Of a stretch of 36,172 nucleotides of DNA, positions 27,313 through 35,815 are shown in pieces. The translations under genes were made by a program, and so were the position numbers. How positions within the stretch are numbered: the first letter of the stretch is position 1; each line of letters starts with the position of its first letter. The notes below the pieces were generated by a model. It was not told where the DNA came from, made no database searches, and saw only the letters and a list, made by a program, of their open reading frames with translations. This stretch comes from a virus (taxonomy: Duplodnaviria; Caudoviricetes), in the IMG/VR virus record IMGVR_UViG_3300020045_002064, positions 1 through 36,172 of that record, one strand, 5' to 3'.

Positions 27313-27381
27313 TGTCGGATTATGGGCGTGAATTTGGTAACAGCCTAGCGACACTTGGGTAACGCGAATACGGGTTTACCC

Positions 27382-27618
27382 ATGTCCTACCTGCTCAATG
27401 TTGCCATTGCTTTTGACCAGGGCTTAAACGCTCTGCTGTTGGGGAGTCCTGACGAAACATTGTCATCTAGGGCATATCGCACTGACCGTGACGGAAAGGT
27501 GTTCGGCAGGGTGTTTAGGCCAGTGATTGACATCATCTTTTTCTGGCAAGACCGCCATTGCTTTCAGTCCTATCTGGCTGAAGTCCACCGTCGCCAACTC
27601 TCAAAAAACTTCAGGTGA
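27382..27618 (+). CDS. Small phage hypothetical protein
   Basis: IAFDQ..N...GSPDETLSSRAYR...HC motif. Confidence 0.7.
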   Translation: MSYLLNVAIAFDQGLNALLLGSPDETLSSRAYRTDRDGKVFGRVFRPVIDIIFFWQDRHCFQSYLAEVHRRQLSKNFR

Positions 27619-27622
27619 AGCT

Positions 27623-28027
27623 ATGGATTTTCAGGGAAGCCGATTTCAGGATGACGATGGCGCTACAAGACGCAGGGGTACTGATCCCATGATCGAAGTC
27701 CTTGTCCACAAGGTGACAAAGATGGAAACATCTCTTGAAAAAATGGCAGACGCAATGTCTCGCCTTGCAGTCATTGAAGATCGACAGACCTCAGACAAAG
27801 CAGCACTTGAACGGGCTTTCTCAGCTATACAAAAGACAGACGAAAAGTGCGCAGCAGCATTGGACAAAGTGCTGACAAAGATCGAACTGAACGATAAGCG
27901 CATTGACGAACTGGAAAAAGCCGCACCGCTCTACAACCAAACACAGCAGTGGGTTTCCAAGGGTATGTGGGCAATCGTTGCTGCTGCTGCGATGTACGTC
28001 GCAAAGAAAGTAGGGTTCATCACATGA
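27623..28027 (+). CDS. Coiled-coil protein with C-terminal TM (holin/antiholin-like)
   Basis: Coiled coil then WAIVAAAAMYVA; in the lysis region. Confidence 0.6.
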   Translation: MDFQGSRFQDDDGATRRRGTDPMIEVLVHKVTKMETSLEKMADAMSRLAVIEDRQTSDKAALERAFSAIQKTDEKCAAALDKVLTKIELNDKRIDELEKAAPLYNQTQQWVSKGMWAIVAAAAMYVAKKVGFIT

Positions 28028-28221
28028 CCCCATCAGAACACCGTGAAGCAATGTCTGGGTTGTGTATTGCAACGATCACCAGCCCTGCCGAATCTCGCAT
28101 GAGACTGCGGACAGCCAAAGAGCAACACGCAGCCGCAATGGCTGAACTCAATCGAGAGCGTGAAGATGCCATTCCAGACCCCGAGGATGACATGAGTCTG
28201 AGAAACAACGTACTGAGGTGA
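28024..28221 (+). CDS. Small hypothetical protein
   Basis: ATGA-coupled ORF between lysis genes. Confidence 0.5.
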   Translation: MTPSEHREAMSGLCIATITSPAESRMRLRTAKEQHAAAMAELNREREDAIPDPEDDMSLRNNVLR

Positions 28222-28223
28222 CT

Positions 28224-28607
28224 ATGGCATTCAAACTGAGCAAGCGCAGCATAGGCAACCTCATAGGCGTTCACGCTGACTTGGTTAGGGTGGTGGAACG
28301 AGCCATTCAGATCACAGAGATTGACTTTGTTGTCACCGAGGGGCTGAGGACGAAAGAGCGTCAGGCAGAGCTATACAAAGCTGGCGCAAGCCAAACCATG
28401 AATAGCCGCCATCTCACAGGCCACGCCGTTGACTTGGCTGCATGGGTAGACAACCGAGTGGATTGGTCATGGCCGCTGTATTCCAAGCTAGCCGCTGCAA
28501 TGAAATCCGCAGCCAATGAAGTGAACGTGTCGATTGTCTGGGGCGGTGATTTCCGCAGTTTCAAAGACGGGCCACATTTCGAGCTTGATCGAAAGGTCTA
28601 CCCATGA
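28224..28607 (+). CDS. Endolysin, M15 L-Ala-D-Glu peptidase
   Basis: EGLRT..RQ..L, SRHLTGHAVD, WGGDF, DGPHFEL. Confidence 0.92.
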   Translation: MAFKLSKRSIGNLIGVHADLVRVVERAIQITEIDFVVTEGLRTKERQAELYKAGASQTMNSRHLTGHAVDLAAWVDNRVDWSWPLYSKLAAAMKSAANEVNVSIVWGGDFRSFKDGPHFELDRKVYP

Positions 28608-28819
28608 ACACAGAGCGTTGGAAAAACCGTAGGCGCATGGCGTGGGCGGCTCTTGCTGCTGGCCTGTTGTTCCCGCTGCTGCTGCTGTGGTCAAAGTCTG
28701 ACCAACTGGGTGCGGTGGCTGGTGCGTTTTACCTGTTTGTGTCTGCCGTGGTCGGTGCGTACATGGGGTTCGCTTCGTGGGATGACGTGTCCACCGACAG
28801 GCTGAAAGCTGGCAAATGA
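28604..28819 (+). CDS. Holin-like two-TM protein
   Basis: RWKNRRRMAW, two hydrophobic helices, GAYMGFASWDD. Confidence 0.7.
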   Translation: MNTERWKNRRRMAWAALAAGLLFPLLLLWSKSDQLGAVAGAFYLFVSAVVGAYMGFASWDDVSTDRLKAGK

Positions 28820-29262
28820 TCCAGCTACCCGTCATTTTTGCTGGTGTTGCTGCTGTCGCAGGTTTTACAACCGCTTGGCAAATACAAGGAGTTCGCTATG
28901 AGGCCAAACTGGCTGAACGTACCGCTGAATACTCCACCGCACTGGCTCAAGCCAACGCAGACGCACTGGCAAAAACACTCTCGTTACAGAAAGCAAAAGA
29001 TGATGCTGAGAGAAAAGCCGCGATTCGGATCGCTGATATTCGGCGCGATGCTGCTGCTGCTAGTAGTGCTCTTACAGGGCTGTCACACGCAGCCGACAGT
29101 GCCTTGCAAAGAGCCAGCGATACCCACAGTGCCTGTCTTGCAGATGCCAACACGCTCACAATCGTATTTGGCAGATGTACAACAGAACTTCAGTCAGTGG
29201 CAACAGATGCTGACCAACTCAGAAGCAACGTCCAAACCTTAGTTGAGGCGTGGCCCAAATGA
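28816..29262 (+). CDS. Rz: Inner-membrane spanin (Rz-like)
   Basis: N-terminal TM plus Ala-rich coiled coil at the end of the lysis cassette. Confidence 0.8.
   Translation: MIQLPVIFAGVAAVAGFTTAWQIQGVRYEAKLAERTAEYSTALAQANADALAKTLSLQKAKDDAERKAAIRIADIRRDAAAASSALTGLSHAADSALQRASDTHSACLADANTLTIVFGRCTTELQSVATDADQLRSNVQTLVEAWPK
29000..29242 (+). CDS. Rz1: Outer-membrane spanin lipoprotein (Rz1-like), fully embedded in the +1 frame
   Basis: Basic n-region, hydrophobic core, lipobox LQG-C, Pro-rich mature part; start 29000, 29003 or 29048. Confidence 0.78.
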   Translation: MMLREKPRFGSLIFGAMLLLLVVLLQGCHTQPTVPCKEPAIPTVPVLQMPTRSQSYLADVQQNFSQWQQMLTNSEATSKP

Positions 29263-29277
29263 GATAATCACCTCAAG

Positions 29278-29305
29278 AACCCGGCTCTGACCGGGTTTGT
29301 TTTTC
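29278..29305 (+). terminator. Late-operon terminator
   Basis: AACCCGG-CTCTGA-CCGGGTT followed by TGTTTTT. Confidence 0.75.
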
Positions 29306-29361
29306 TGGTGCATCCCGCGATTGTCCCCCGATGACGGGTGAGAATGGCGTGGATATTGGGA

Positions 29362-29385
29362 GTTCGACCCCGGTTCGAGGCACCA
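29362..29385 (+). other. attP core: 3' end of a tRNA (probably tRNA-Leu)
   Basis: G-TTCGACC-CCGGT-TCGAGGC-A-CCA has exact T-loop, T-stem, acceptor and CCA spacing; 5' part absent; 131 bp upstream of int. Confidence 0.8.
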
Positions 29386-29516
29386 GCCTATGCGACACAA
29401 TGCATCATCTATTGATGCTTCGTGTAGCATAATCAACGATCTAGCGTCACGTTGCAGCAACCGTTGACGCATTTTGTTGCACGCAGCCCCTCGAAAATCC
29501 CCCGTCAAATCACCCG

Positions 29517-30500
29517 ATGGCAACGCCCGTCAAAACAGCGCAGGGCACCTGGCGCATACAAGTCGAAGTCAAAGGTGTGCGTGACAGCATCACCTTGCCA
29601 ACAAAGCGCGAGGCGACTGAGTGGGGTCAGCGCAGATCAATGGAACTGCGGCACCAGGCGACAACTCCAGAAGGTGATCGCAAAACATTGCGCGATACGT
29701 TGCGGCGGTATGCCAGCGAGGTGACCCCTGCCAAGCGTGGCAATAGCAAAGAATCAATAAGGCTCAACGCTTTCGAGCGACATGATCTACCGCTGGACAA
29801 GCCCATTTCCTCACTCACGACAGCGCACCTCGCAGCATGGCGCGATGCCCGGTTGCGAGTCAATGCACGAGGTTCCGTGCTGCGTGACATATCCCTGCTG
29901 TCGGCTGTGCTTGAGACTGCGCGGCGCGAGTGGGGATGGATTCAGGTCAACCCAATGAAGGACATGCGCAAGCCAGCACAGCCAGATCATCGGGAGCGTC
30001 TGATCACGTCGGGGGAAATTCGGGGGATGTTGCGTGCGCTCGGGCACACAGGCAAAGAAGTCCGCACAGTGTCACAGGCGGTTGCTTGCTGCTTTCTTGT
30101 GGCACTGGCTACTGGGATGAGGGCGGGGGAGTTGTGTGGGCTGAAGTGGGCTGATGTGTATGACACACATTGCCACTTGCCACTGACGAAAAACGGCACG
30201 TATCGTGATGTGCCGCTGTCGCCTGTTGCGCGTCGGTTGATCGAGCGCATGAAGGGATGGGATGCCGAAAGCGTGTTCGGCCTGTCAAGTCAGTCGCTTG
30301 ACGCGATGTTTCGCAAGTACCGTGAACGGGCGGGGTTGAGTGGGTTCACGCTGCACGATGCCAGACACACAGCCGCAACGCGCATGGCGAGGCAGTTGCA
30401 TGTTCTGGCATTGTGCCGGGTGTTCGGGTGGAGGCGTACCGATCAGGCTCTTTGTTACTACAACCCATCAATGTTTGAGCTGTCAGAGAAGCTCAAATAA
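29517..30500 (+). CDS. int: Tyrosine integrase
   Basis: TGMRAGE, TKNG, HDARH, FGW, CYY catalytic positions. Confidence 0.93.
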   Translation: MATPVKTAQGTWRIQVEVKGVRDSITLPTKREATEWGQRRSMELRHQATTPEGDRKTLRDTLRRYASEVTPAKRGNSKESIRLNAFERHDLPLDKPISSLTTAHLAAWRDARLRVNARGSVLRDISLLSAVLETARREWGWIQVNPMKDMRKPAQPDHRERLITSGEIRGMLRALGHTGKEVRTVSQAVACCFLVALATGMRAGELCGLKWADVYDTHCHLPLTKNGTYRDVPLSPVARRLIERMKGWDAESVFGLSSQSLDAMFRKYRERAGLSGFTLHDARHTAATRMARQLHVLALCRVFGWRRTDQALCYYNPSMFELSEKLK

Positions 30501-31086
30501 CAGACTTCCAGTTTTCACGCTTCTTTACCTTGTCAATGGTTCTCCAAGATACGCCAAGTCGTTTTGCGATAGAGCCCGTAGCCTCCTGACTGTCTCGAAT
30601 CTCTCTGACGATAGAGGCTGTCAGTTTTGCTGCTCCGTGTTTTTCACCTTTCGGAGCGTTTTCAGGGTGTGTCCTGTGCGGGTTCTTGTCACCATCAATA
30701 TGCCCCTTGTATGGAGCGTGTCTACCTTTTTGAGACATATCTGCCAAGTTGTCAGATTGCGTGCCAACGACTAGGTGCTTTGGGTTGACGCAGGCTCTGT
30801 TGTCGCATCTGTGCATGACCACCATGCCTGCTGGTATCGGGCCATGTGTGGCTTCATATACAGCCCTGTGCGCCGACATCATCACCGACTTTTTGCCATC
30901 CCATACGTTCAACTGACCATACCCAGTGGTTGGGTTTATGTGGTCAGGCCACAAGATGCATTCATCTGTGTGCGTGATGTTTGCTTTGTTGACGGCTCTG
31001 CATTGGTGACTACAAAATTTACTGTTTGACTTTGGGTGCCGTATCTGAAATTCGGCACCGCATTGTTCGCATATTCGGATCATCAT
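30493..31086 (-). CDS. HNH homing endonuclease
   Basis: CEQC..FCS..C; [31 protein letters not shown]; C-terminal HTH. Confidence 0.9.
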   Translation of the reverse strand: MMIRICEQCGAEFQIRHPKSNSKFCSHQCRAVNKANITHTDECILWPDHINPTTGYGQLNVWDGKKSVMMSAHRAVYEATHGPIPAGMVVMHRCDNRACVNPKHLVVGTQSDNLADMSQKGRHAPYKGHIDGDKNPHRTHPENAPKGEKHGAAKLTASIVREIRDSQEATGSIAKRLGVSWRTIDKVKKRENWKSVI

Positions 31087-31346
31087 TGACTCCTGATAGC
31101 CTGCATCTCTTGCCGCGAAGCTGGCCGCTCCATTTCCCACTTGACCACATCAGCCAGCAACCACTTGCCCGACTTGTCGGGCTGCGGGAATGCACGGTCT
31201 GTCCGGTAGCGTGCCAGGGTGGCCCGGTGGATGCCAAGACGTTCACACAGGTCTGCTTGTGACAGCCTGGTGCCCTGTTGCCTGGTGAGCAGCAGAACAG
31301 CATCGGTGAGCATCTTCAACTGGTTTGTGATTGCTGCGTCTGTCAT
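31083..31346 (-). CDS. Excisionase / AlpA-like HTH protein
   Basis: [12 protein letters not shown]...FPQP...[11 protein letters not shown]; near int. Confidence 0.75.
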   Translation of the reverse strand: MTDAAITNQLKMLTDAVLLLTRQQGTRLSQADLCERLGIHRATLARYRTDRAFPQPDKSGKWLLADVVKWEMERPASRQEMQAIRSQ

Positions 31347-31726
31347 GGCTCCAGCACCTTCCTGATTTCTTTCATGGCCTCAATCGCCGCTACCCGCGAC
31401 AGTCCGTAGCCGACAGCCAAGCCAACCTCACAACTCGCCAACGCTTCCAACGCCTGTCTCAGCACAGCGTCACGCTCCCGAATCATGCTGACCATTTCCA
31501 GCACAGCGGCTGGGTTGGCTGTGGCGATGTGAGTCATGTTCTCCGTTGCTGTGTCGTCGTTTAAATGAGGGCAGATGCAAACATCCTCAAACGTGCCATC
31601 CTCATCGGTCACGCCAACACAGTCCAAATACTTTGGCAATTCTGCGCCGAACGACGGGCCAGCAGCATCCCATGGCCCCGGTGTTGCAGCCTTCGCAGCC
31701 GCTTCGATTTTGTCTATGTCAATCAA
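31343..31726 (-). CDS. Ead/Ea22-like protein
   Basis: AKAATPGPW...HIATANPAAVLEM; probable TTG start at 31726. Confidence 0.72.
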   Translation of the reverse strand: MIDIDKIEAAAKAATPGPWDAAGPSFGAELPKYLDCVGVTDEDGTFEDVCICPHLNDDTATENMTHIATANPAAVLEMVSMIRERDAVLRQALEALASCEVGLAVGYGLSRVAAIEAMKEIRKVLEP

Positions 31727-32133
31727 GGCTTCACTCCGTGATACTGCTCGACCTCTGCCGCAAACTCGAAAATGCCGCCGATGTTCGGAGCATGTTTGCG
31801 CCACATCTCTTTAATCTGCTCATCAGTCAGCGGCTCCCGGCGTGGTGGGTGTGCGAACAGTGGTTCCTCAGTCCAGCCTCTTGCCTTCTCATCATCCAGA
31901 AGAGGGTTCTCAGAAAGTTCCCAGTGAGTCCCTTGACGATGTATGTAGGCATCAGGTTCAGACTGCTCAGGCTCTGCCAGTGCTGCTCTGAGTATTTCCG
32001 CTGCCTCATTTGCGCTACGCATTGACGCGCCGATGCACGAATCTGATGGGGCTTCAAACTGCTTCAGCAGGTCTGCCAAGTCCTCAAGTTCCGATGCCGC
32101 CTGCTCTGCTGCTTTGCGTAGATCACTCATCAT
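31723..32133 (-). CDS. Mosaic early hypothetical protein
   Basis: DLRKAAEQA, LRAALAEPEQ, PLFAHPP, PLTDEQI modules. Confidence 0.7.
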   Translation of the reverse strand: MMSDLRKAAEQAASELEDLADLLKQFEAPSDSCIGASMRSANEAAEILRAALAEPEQSEPDAYIHRQGTHWELSENPLLDDEKARGWTEEPLFAHPPRREPLTDEQIKEMWRKHAPNIGGIFEFAAEVEQYHGVKP

Positions 32134-32160
32134 TCACTCCAAACTTTTCGGCTCAACGGA

Positions 32161-32505
32161 TTAAGTTGTGGAAATTGCTTCAACCTGCAAAGCCTTGGTT
32201 GTGTTGAAACAGTGAAGTGGAAGCCACTCATCTAGTACGGTCACAGCGTAAGCGCCTCGACCCTCTTTGGACTCCACATGCACGGTATCGCACACCCCGT
32301 TTGCTTTTGTCTCTGCATCCGCCTGCACAGTTCTCCAGTGCTTATGTCTGACAGGCTTGCCAGCCAAAGACACTTGACGCTCATCCCACTTTGCAAGGGC
32401 GTCCTCGCAAGCAGGGAGAAACACCTCAGCAGCATGCGTCCCCTTGGCCCAGAGCTGAATCTGGCAGCTATCGTCTGATGCGTAATCGATATTTACTTCA
32501 ATCAT
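32161..32505 (-). CDS. Hypothetical protein
   Basis: ORF with probable ATG at 32505. Confidence 0.6.
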   Translation of the reverse strand: MIEVNIDYASDDSCQIQLWAKGTHAAEVFLPACEDALAKWDERQVSLAGKPVRHKHWRTVQADAETKANGVCDTVHVESKEGRGAYAVTVLDEWLPLHCFNTTKALQVEAISTT

Positions 32506-32560
32506 TTTGGTTCTTTCTACACGTTTTTCCGTTTTTAGGACTTGCTTCTGCAAGGTTGTT

Positions 32561-33169
32561 TCAACACGTTATTCCGTAGAGCCAACTTTTCCGCACTGCG
32601 GTTTCGATGGCACGGGCAACATTGCGCCGTGTTACGGCTACGCTGTATGGCTCTTGCTTGGCAACTTGGTCGTAAATTTCGTGAATCTGGTCATCCGTCA
32701 ACCGTGGTGGCGGTGTTGCTGTGAAAGTCGCATACCCGCGCTCATCAGGTGCAGACATCCGCATTGGTGTTTGTGCTGGGGGTGTGGCCACAAGAGCATC
32801 AAGCGCGTCGGTTGTGTCTGGGTCGGTACACGCCGCTGCGATCCGCTTCAGCGCATCGCGGTCAAGACCCGGCTTCAGCGCAGCCTCTTCAACACGCATC
32901 GCAAAATACTTGTCAAGCCACTTCTTCAGGCGATCCATCAGTCTCTGAGGCCCATAAGCCACTTCTTCAGGGTGCTGCCCTTCGTAAGTGATAGTGCATG
33001 GAACCCAGCCATCCGGTAGACCCGGCTTCAGCGCAGCCTCAAGTGCCTTCTTGAACACCTCTCGCTTTTCTTCCGGTGCGTCATCTAATGTTCGTCGATG
33101 CAAGCCTTGGTCAAAGCTGGCTTCTGCTGCTTCATCAAACAGCGCCATCAGTTTGTCAATTTGGTTCAT
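32561..33169 (-). CDS. Mosaic early hypothetical protein with an internal repeat
   Basis: EAALKPGL twice; RLTDDQI...ARAIE tail. Confidence 0.7.
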   Translation of the reverse strand: MNQIDKLMALFDEAAEASFDQGLHRRTLDDAPEEKREVFKKALEAALKPGLPDGWVPCTITYEGQHPEEVAYGPQRLMDRLKKWLDKYFAMRVEEAALKPGLDRDALKRIAAACTDPDTTDALDALVATPPAQTPMRMSAPDERGYATFTATPPPRLTDDQIHEIYDQVAKQEPYSVAVTRRNVARAIETAVRKSWLYGITC

Positions 33170-33374
33170 GTTTCATGCTCCGTACTTCATCAGCAGCAAG
33201 GTCAATTCCAAGCACTCGCTCAGACGATTGGCGCTGATCTACACAGCAATCACCAAGTGCGTCCAGCATCTCCACGATTTCCTCAAAGTGACAGCCCAGT
33301 TGGACGTTGAAGTCCTTGTCTGTGGGGTTGGGTCGGGCACGCTTGTGCCACATCTCGATTGAATCGACGCTCAT
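33156..33374 (-). CDS. Short, probably truncated MazG-like NTP pyrophosphohydrolase
   Basis: WHKRARP...VQLGCHFEEIVEMLD (EExxE); only 72 aa. Confidence 0.5.
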   Translation of the reverse strand: MSVDSIEMWHKRARPNPTDKDFNVQLGCHFEEIVEMLDALGDCCVDQRQSSERVLGIDLAADEVRSMKHEPN

Positions 33375-33889
33375 ACTGTTTCCTCTTTTCTGATTACGTG
33401 ACCGGCTTGCATGCGTGCGATGACATCCCTGAACGCCTGAAGCATTTGTGCCGGGGTGCTGAGTTCGATCAACTGTTCGTGCAGGTCAACGCACGCTTCA
33501 AGGTTGACCAGATCGGAGTGACTGACACCCCATTTGCCCGTTCTGTCGAACCTGTCCTTGATTGACAGCACAGCGTGTTGTCCGTCCTTGGCGCACTGCA
33601 TCACCTCCGGTGCGATGCGTTCACCTCGAAGCAGGCAGACGTTGACCACCGCTGCCAGGGTGTTCCAGTGCGTGTCGTTGCCGTCGCCGTCGCGCATGCT
33701 CTGCAAGGATTCACGCACTGGCAGGTTCAACTTGACCTGCTCTGCTGGCGTGAACAGTTGCTGCATGCCCATCACGCGATAGATTGCTGACGGGTCTTTT
33801 TGCCAGCGGCGTTTTGATTTCTTTTTCGCCTGGCCGTTTCTCTGATTTGTTACTTTCTCGAGGTATTTGGGGACATATGAGTGGGTCAT
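33371..33889 (-). CDS. Hypothetical protein
   Basis: Coupled ORF; WNTLAAVVNV...RTGKWG...LHEQLI. Confidence 0.7.
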   Translation of the reverse strand: MTHSYVPKYLEKVTNQRNGQAKKKSKRRWQKDPSAIYRVMGMQQLFTPAEQVKLNLPVRESLQSMRDGDGNDTHWNTLAAVVNVCLLRGERIAPEVMQCAKDGQHAVLSIKDRFDRTGKWGVSHSDLVNLEACVDLHEQLIELSTPAQMLQAFRDVIARMQAGHVIRKEETV

Positions 33890-34482
33890 TGCGCAACCTC
33901 CCCACGTTCCCCAAAGATGCCGGGTGCATGTTCAGCCAACAGCCGCTTGATCTCGATGGCTACGTCGCGCACTTCCCACTGGGCATGCTTCGCTGTCCTA
34001 TTGCCAAGCAAGTCCAGCCACATTTGAAAGTTGCCAGTCATGCGTAGGCTGGTGGTGCAGCCTTGCGGGAGGATGTACCTAGCGTCTTCCTTTTTCATAT
34101 AGCCTGCATTGATGAGTTGCAGGTACAGGTTCTCAGCATCCTTTTGAATGCGGTGCCATCTGCCTTTGATTTCCAATGGCGCATCAAGCAACACAGGTGG
34201 GTCTACATATTCCACGGACGTTTCTTTGACGTACCTTTGACTGCGCTGAAGTATCCCGGCGTGAGCCACTCGCACAAGCTGGTGAGAGCAGACACGGCTG
34301 ATGCCTTCGATCAAGACTTCGGCGTATGCAAACCTCAAAGTTGCGAGGTGGCCCAGCGAAACACAGTGCGCTGCACGTTTGATGTTGCTGGCGCGGTCTG
34401 TCTTGCTTTCGTAGCAGATGCTTGCTGCTTCGCCGATATGGTTTTCGGAGTCTGGAGAGATGAATTTGAGCGTTACTTTCAT
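33886..34482 (-). CDS. thyX: Flavin-dependent thymidylate synthase (divergent)
   Basis: AASICY, GHLATL, GISRVCSHQLVR, QRSQRY, KEDARYILPQ, NFQMW, HAQWEVR. Confidence 0.88.
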   Translation of the reverse strand: MKVTLKFISPDSENHIGEAASICYESKTDRASNIKRAAHCVSLGHLATLRFAYAEVLIEGISRVCSHQLVRVAHAGILQRSQRYVKETSVEYVDPPVLLDAPLEIKGRWHRIQKDAENLYLQLINAGYMKKEDARYILPQGCTTSLRMTGNFQMWLDLLGNRTAKHAQWEVRDVAIEIKRLLAEHAPGIFGERGEVAQ

Positions 34483-34952
34483 GCAAGCCTCCGAGGTCTA
34501 CCCGCAGCAACTGGTCCATGATTCCTAGCCCCAGCACAAATGATCACCGGGCGCATCCTTGGAATCTCACGACCTTGTTCAATCGTGCCGATAGACAGGA
34601 ACTGATTCCCGTCAGCCCTAGCGCATTCCATCTGAGGTGGTGTCCAGTTCTTTGATGACGTTGTTCCGTTGCGAACAGGGATAAATGAAGGCTTACCCAA
34701 AGTGTCCAATCCACCTTTGCCGTAACCTTTTCCATTCGGCTGAGTCATCTTTGGAGACATGGAGTACTGGTAAACCGTGCATGGCCCTTTCTTTCCTACC
34801 CTTGCCAACAGACCATACTCATCAAGGCGGTTAATAGCCGATTTAACAGACTTTTTCTCAATCCCGGTAGTTGCGGCTATCTCATTCATCGTCCACCCCT
34901 TCTTGGTCGATTTAAGGTGATCGTGAACCAATCTTGTATTCCCTTGAAACAT
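34479..34952 (-). CDS. Winged-helix hypothetical protein
   Basis: TMNEIAATTGIEKKSVKSAINRLDEYGLL; ATG 34952 coupled (TGATG) to the upstream ORF. Confidence 0.65.
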   Translation of the reverse strand: MFQGNTRLVHDHLKSTKKGWTMNEIAATTGIEKKSVKSAINRLDEYGLLARVGKKGPCTVYQYSMSPKMTQPNGKGYGKGGLDTLGKPSFIPVRNGTTSSKNWTPPQMECARADGNQFLSIGTIEQGREIPRMRPVIICAGARNHGPVAAGRPRRLA

Positions 34953-35128
34953 CACTGAATTTCTTTCCAAATCTTTTTCTGCCAAACGGCAGCAATGGTC
35001 TGTTCGTGAACACCGTACTTCAGAGCAAGTTGCCTGAGTGAGTATTCAGCCTTCAACTGCCTGACCAAGCGGTCTTTAGCCTTCTTGATTTCAAGCAGTT
35101 CCCTCACCTTTTCTTCGGTCAGTTTCAT
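34952..35128 (-). CDS. 58-aa HTH protein (not in ORF track)
   Basis: MKLTEEKVRELL...SLRQLALKYGVHEQTIAAVWQKKIWKEIQ; coupled at both ends. Confidence 0.7.
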   Translation of the reverse strand: MKLTEEKVRELLEIKKAKDRLVRQLKAEYSLRQLALKYGVHEQTIAAVWQKKIWKEIQ

Positions 35129-35802
35129 TGAAACGTCATCCTTTTGTAGACTTGGCGGGTTGCTTCAACGTCTTTGCGGCAGTATTCCGCGACTTCTTCC
35201 AATCGACCTGCTTTGACGTATTCGCCAACTTTGGAACCGTCAATATCTCCCTTTGGAGACTCAACATTCAAAGCGCGACAGAGTTTGTCTAAGCTGATGC
35301 GATTGCCAACACCAACAAATTGCGTCATGGTGCAAAAAACCTTATCGACTTCCCACGGTTTGCTTTGTGCTGCTCTAGCTATGGCGAACGGTGGGCGAAT
35401 GCCGTTGACCATGTAGCGCTGCACTAAGAATCGCAAGTCGAACGCCAGCACGTTGTGCCCAACAATTAACGAGTCATATTTACCGGGTGGAACTTCGCTG
35501 TTCAACCAAGCTGAGAAGTTCGCCAGCAAAACAGGCTCATCAAGGCCATGAAACGTCCTAGGGCGCTCATCGTCATCAATAGCAATACCGATACAGCAGA
35601 CACGACCAAAAGCGCCCGAAAGAGCCGTTTTAGCTACTTCAGCTTCTGTCTCTGATTTGCGGTTTTCTTCCAGCCATGCAGCGATGGATTCAGGCTTTTT
35701 GAACTGTCCTGGCGCTTTGATGGATGCGCGAATTTCGTCGATCACATCTTGGCGGTTGGTTTCCAGCGTCTCAATGTCCAGATAAATTGTTGGCAATTTC
35801 AT
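35125..35802 (-). CDS. 3'-5' exonuclease (DEDD, PolB-proofreading-like)
   Basis: YLDIET, GHNVLAFD, SLD, YCRKDV. Confidence 0.88.
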   Translation of the reverse strand: MKLPTIYLDIETLETNRQDVIDEIRASIKAPGQFKKPESIAAWLEENRKSETEAEVAKTALSGAFGRVCCIGIAIDDDERPRTFHGLDEPVLLANFSAWLNSEVPPGKYDSLIVGHNVLAFDLRFLVQRYMVNGIRPPFAIARAAQSKPWEVDKVFCTMTQFVGVGNRISLDKLCRALNVESPKGDIDGSKVGEYVKAGRLEEVAEYCRKDVEATRQVYKRMTFQ

Positions 35803-35815
35803 CCCCTTTAGGCGT

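Noticed and set aside
29340-29385. Complete tRNA gene
   Set aside because: Only T-loop to CCA is present; no D or anticodon arm and no matching 5' acceptor strand
32201-32567. 11-bp inverted repeat GTGTTGAAACA as an invertible segment or integron attC
   Set aside because: An IR this short at this spacing is expected by chance in 36 kb; no convincing attC fold or dedicated recombinase
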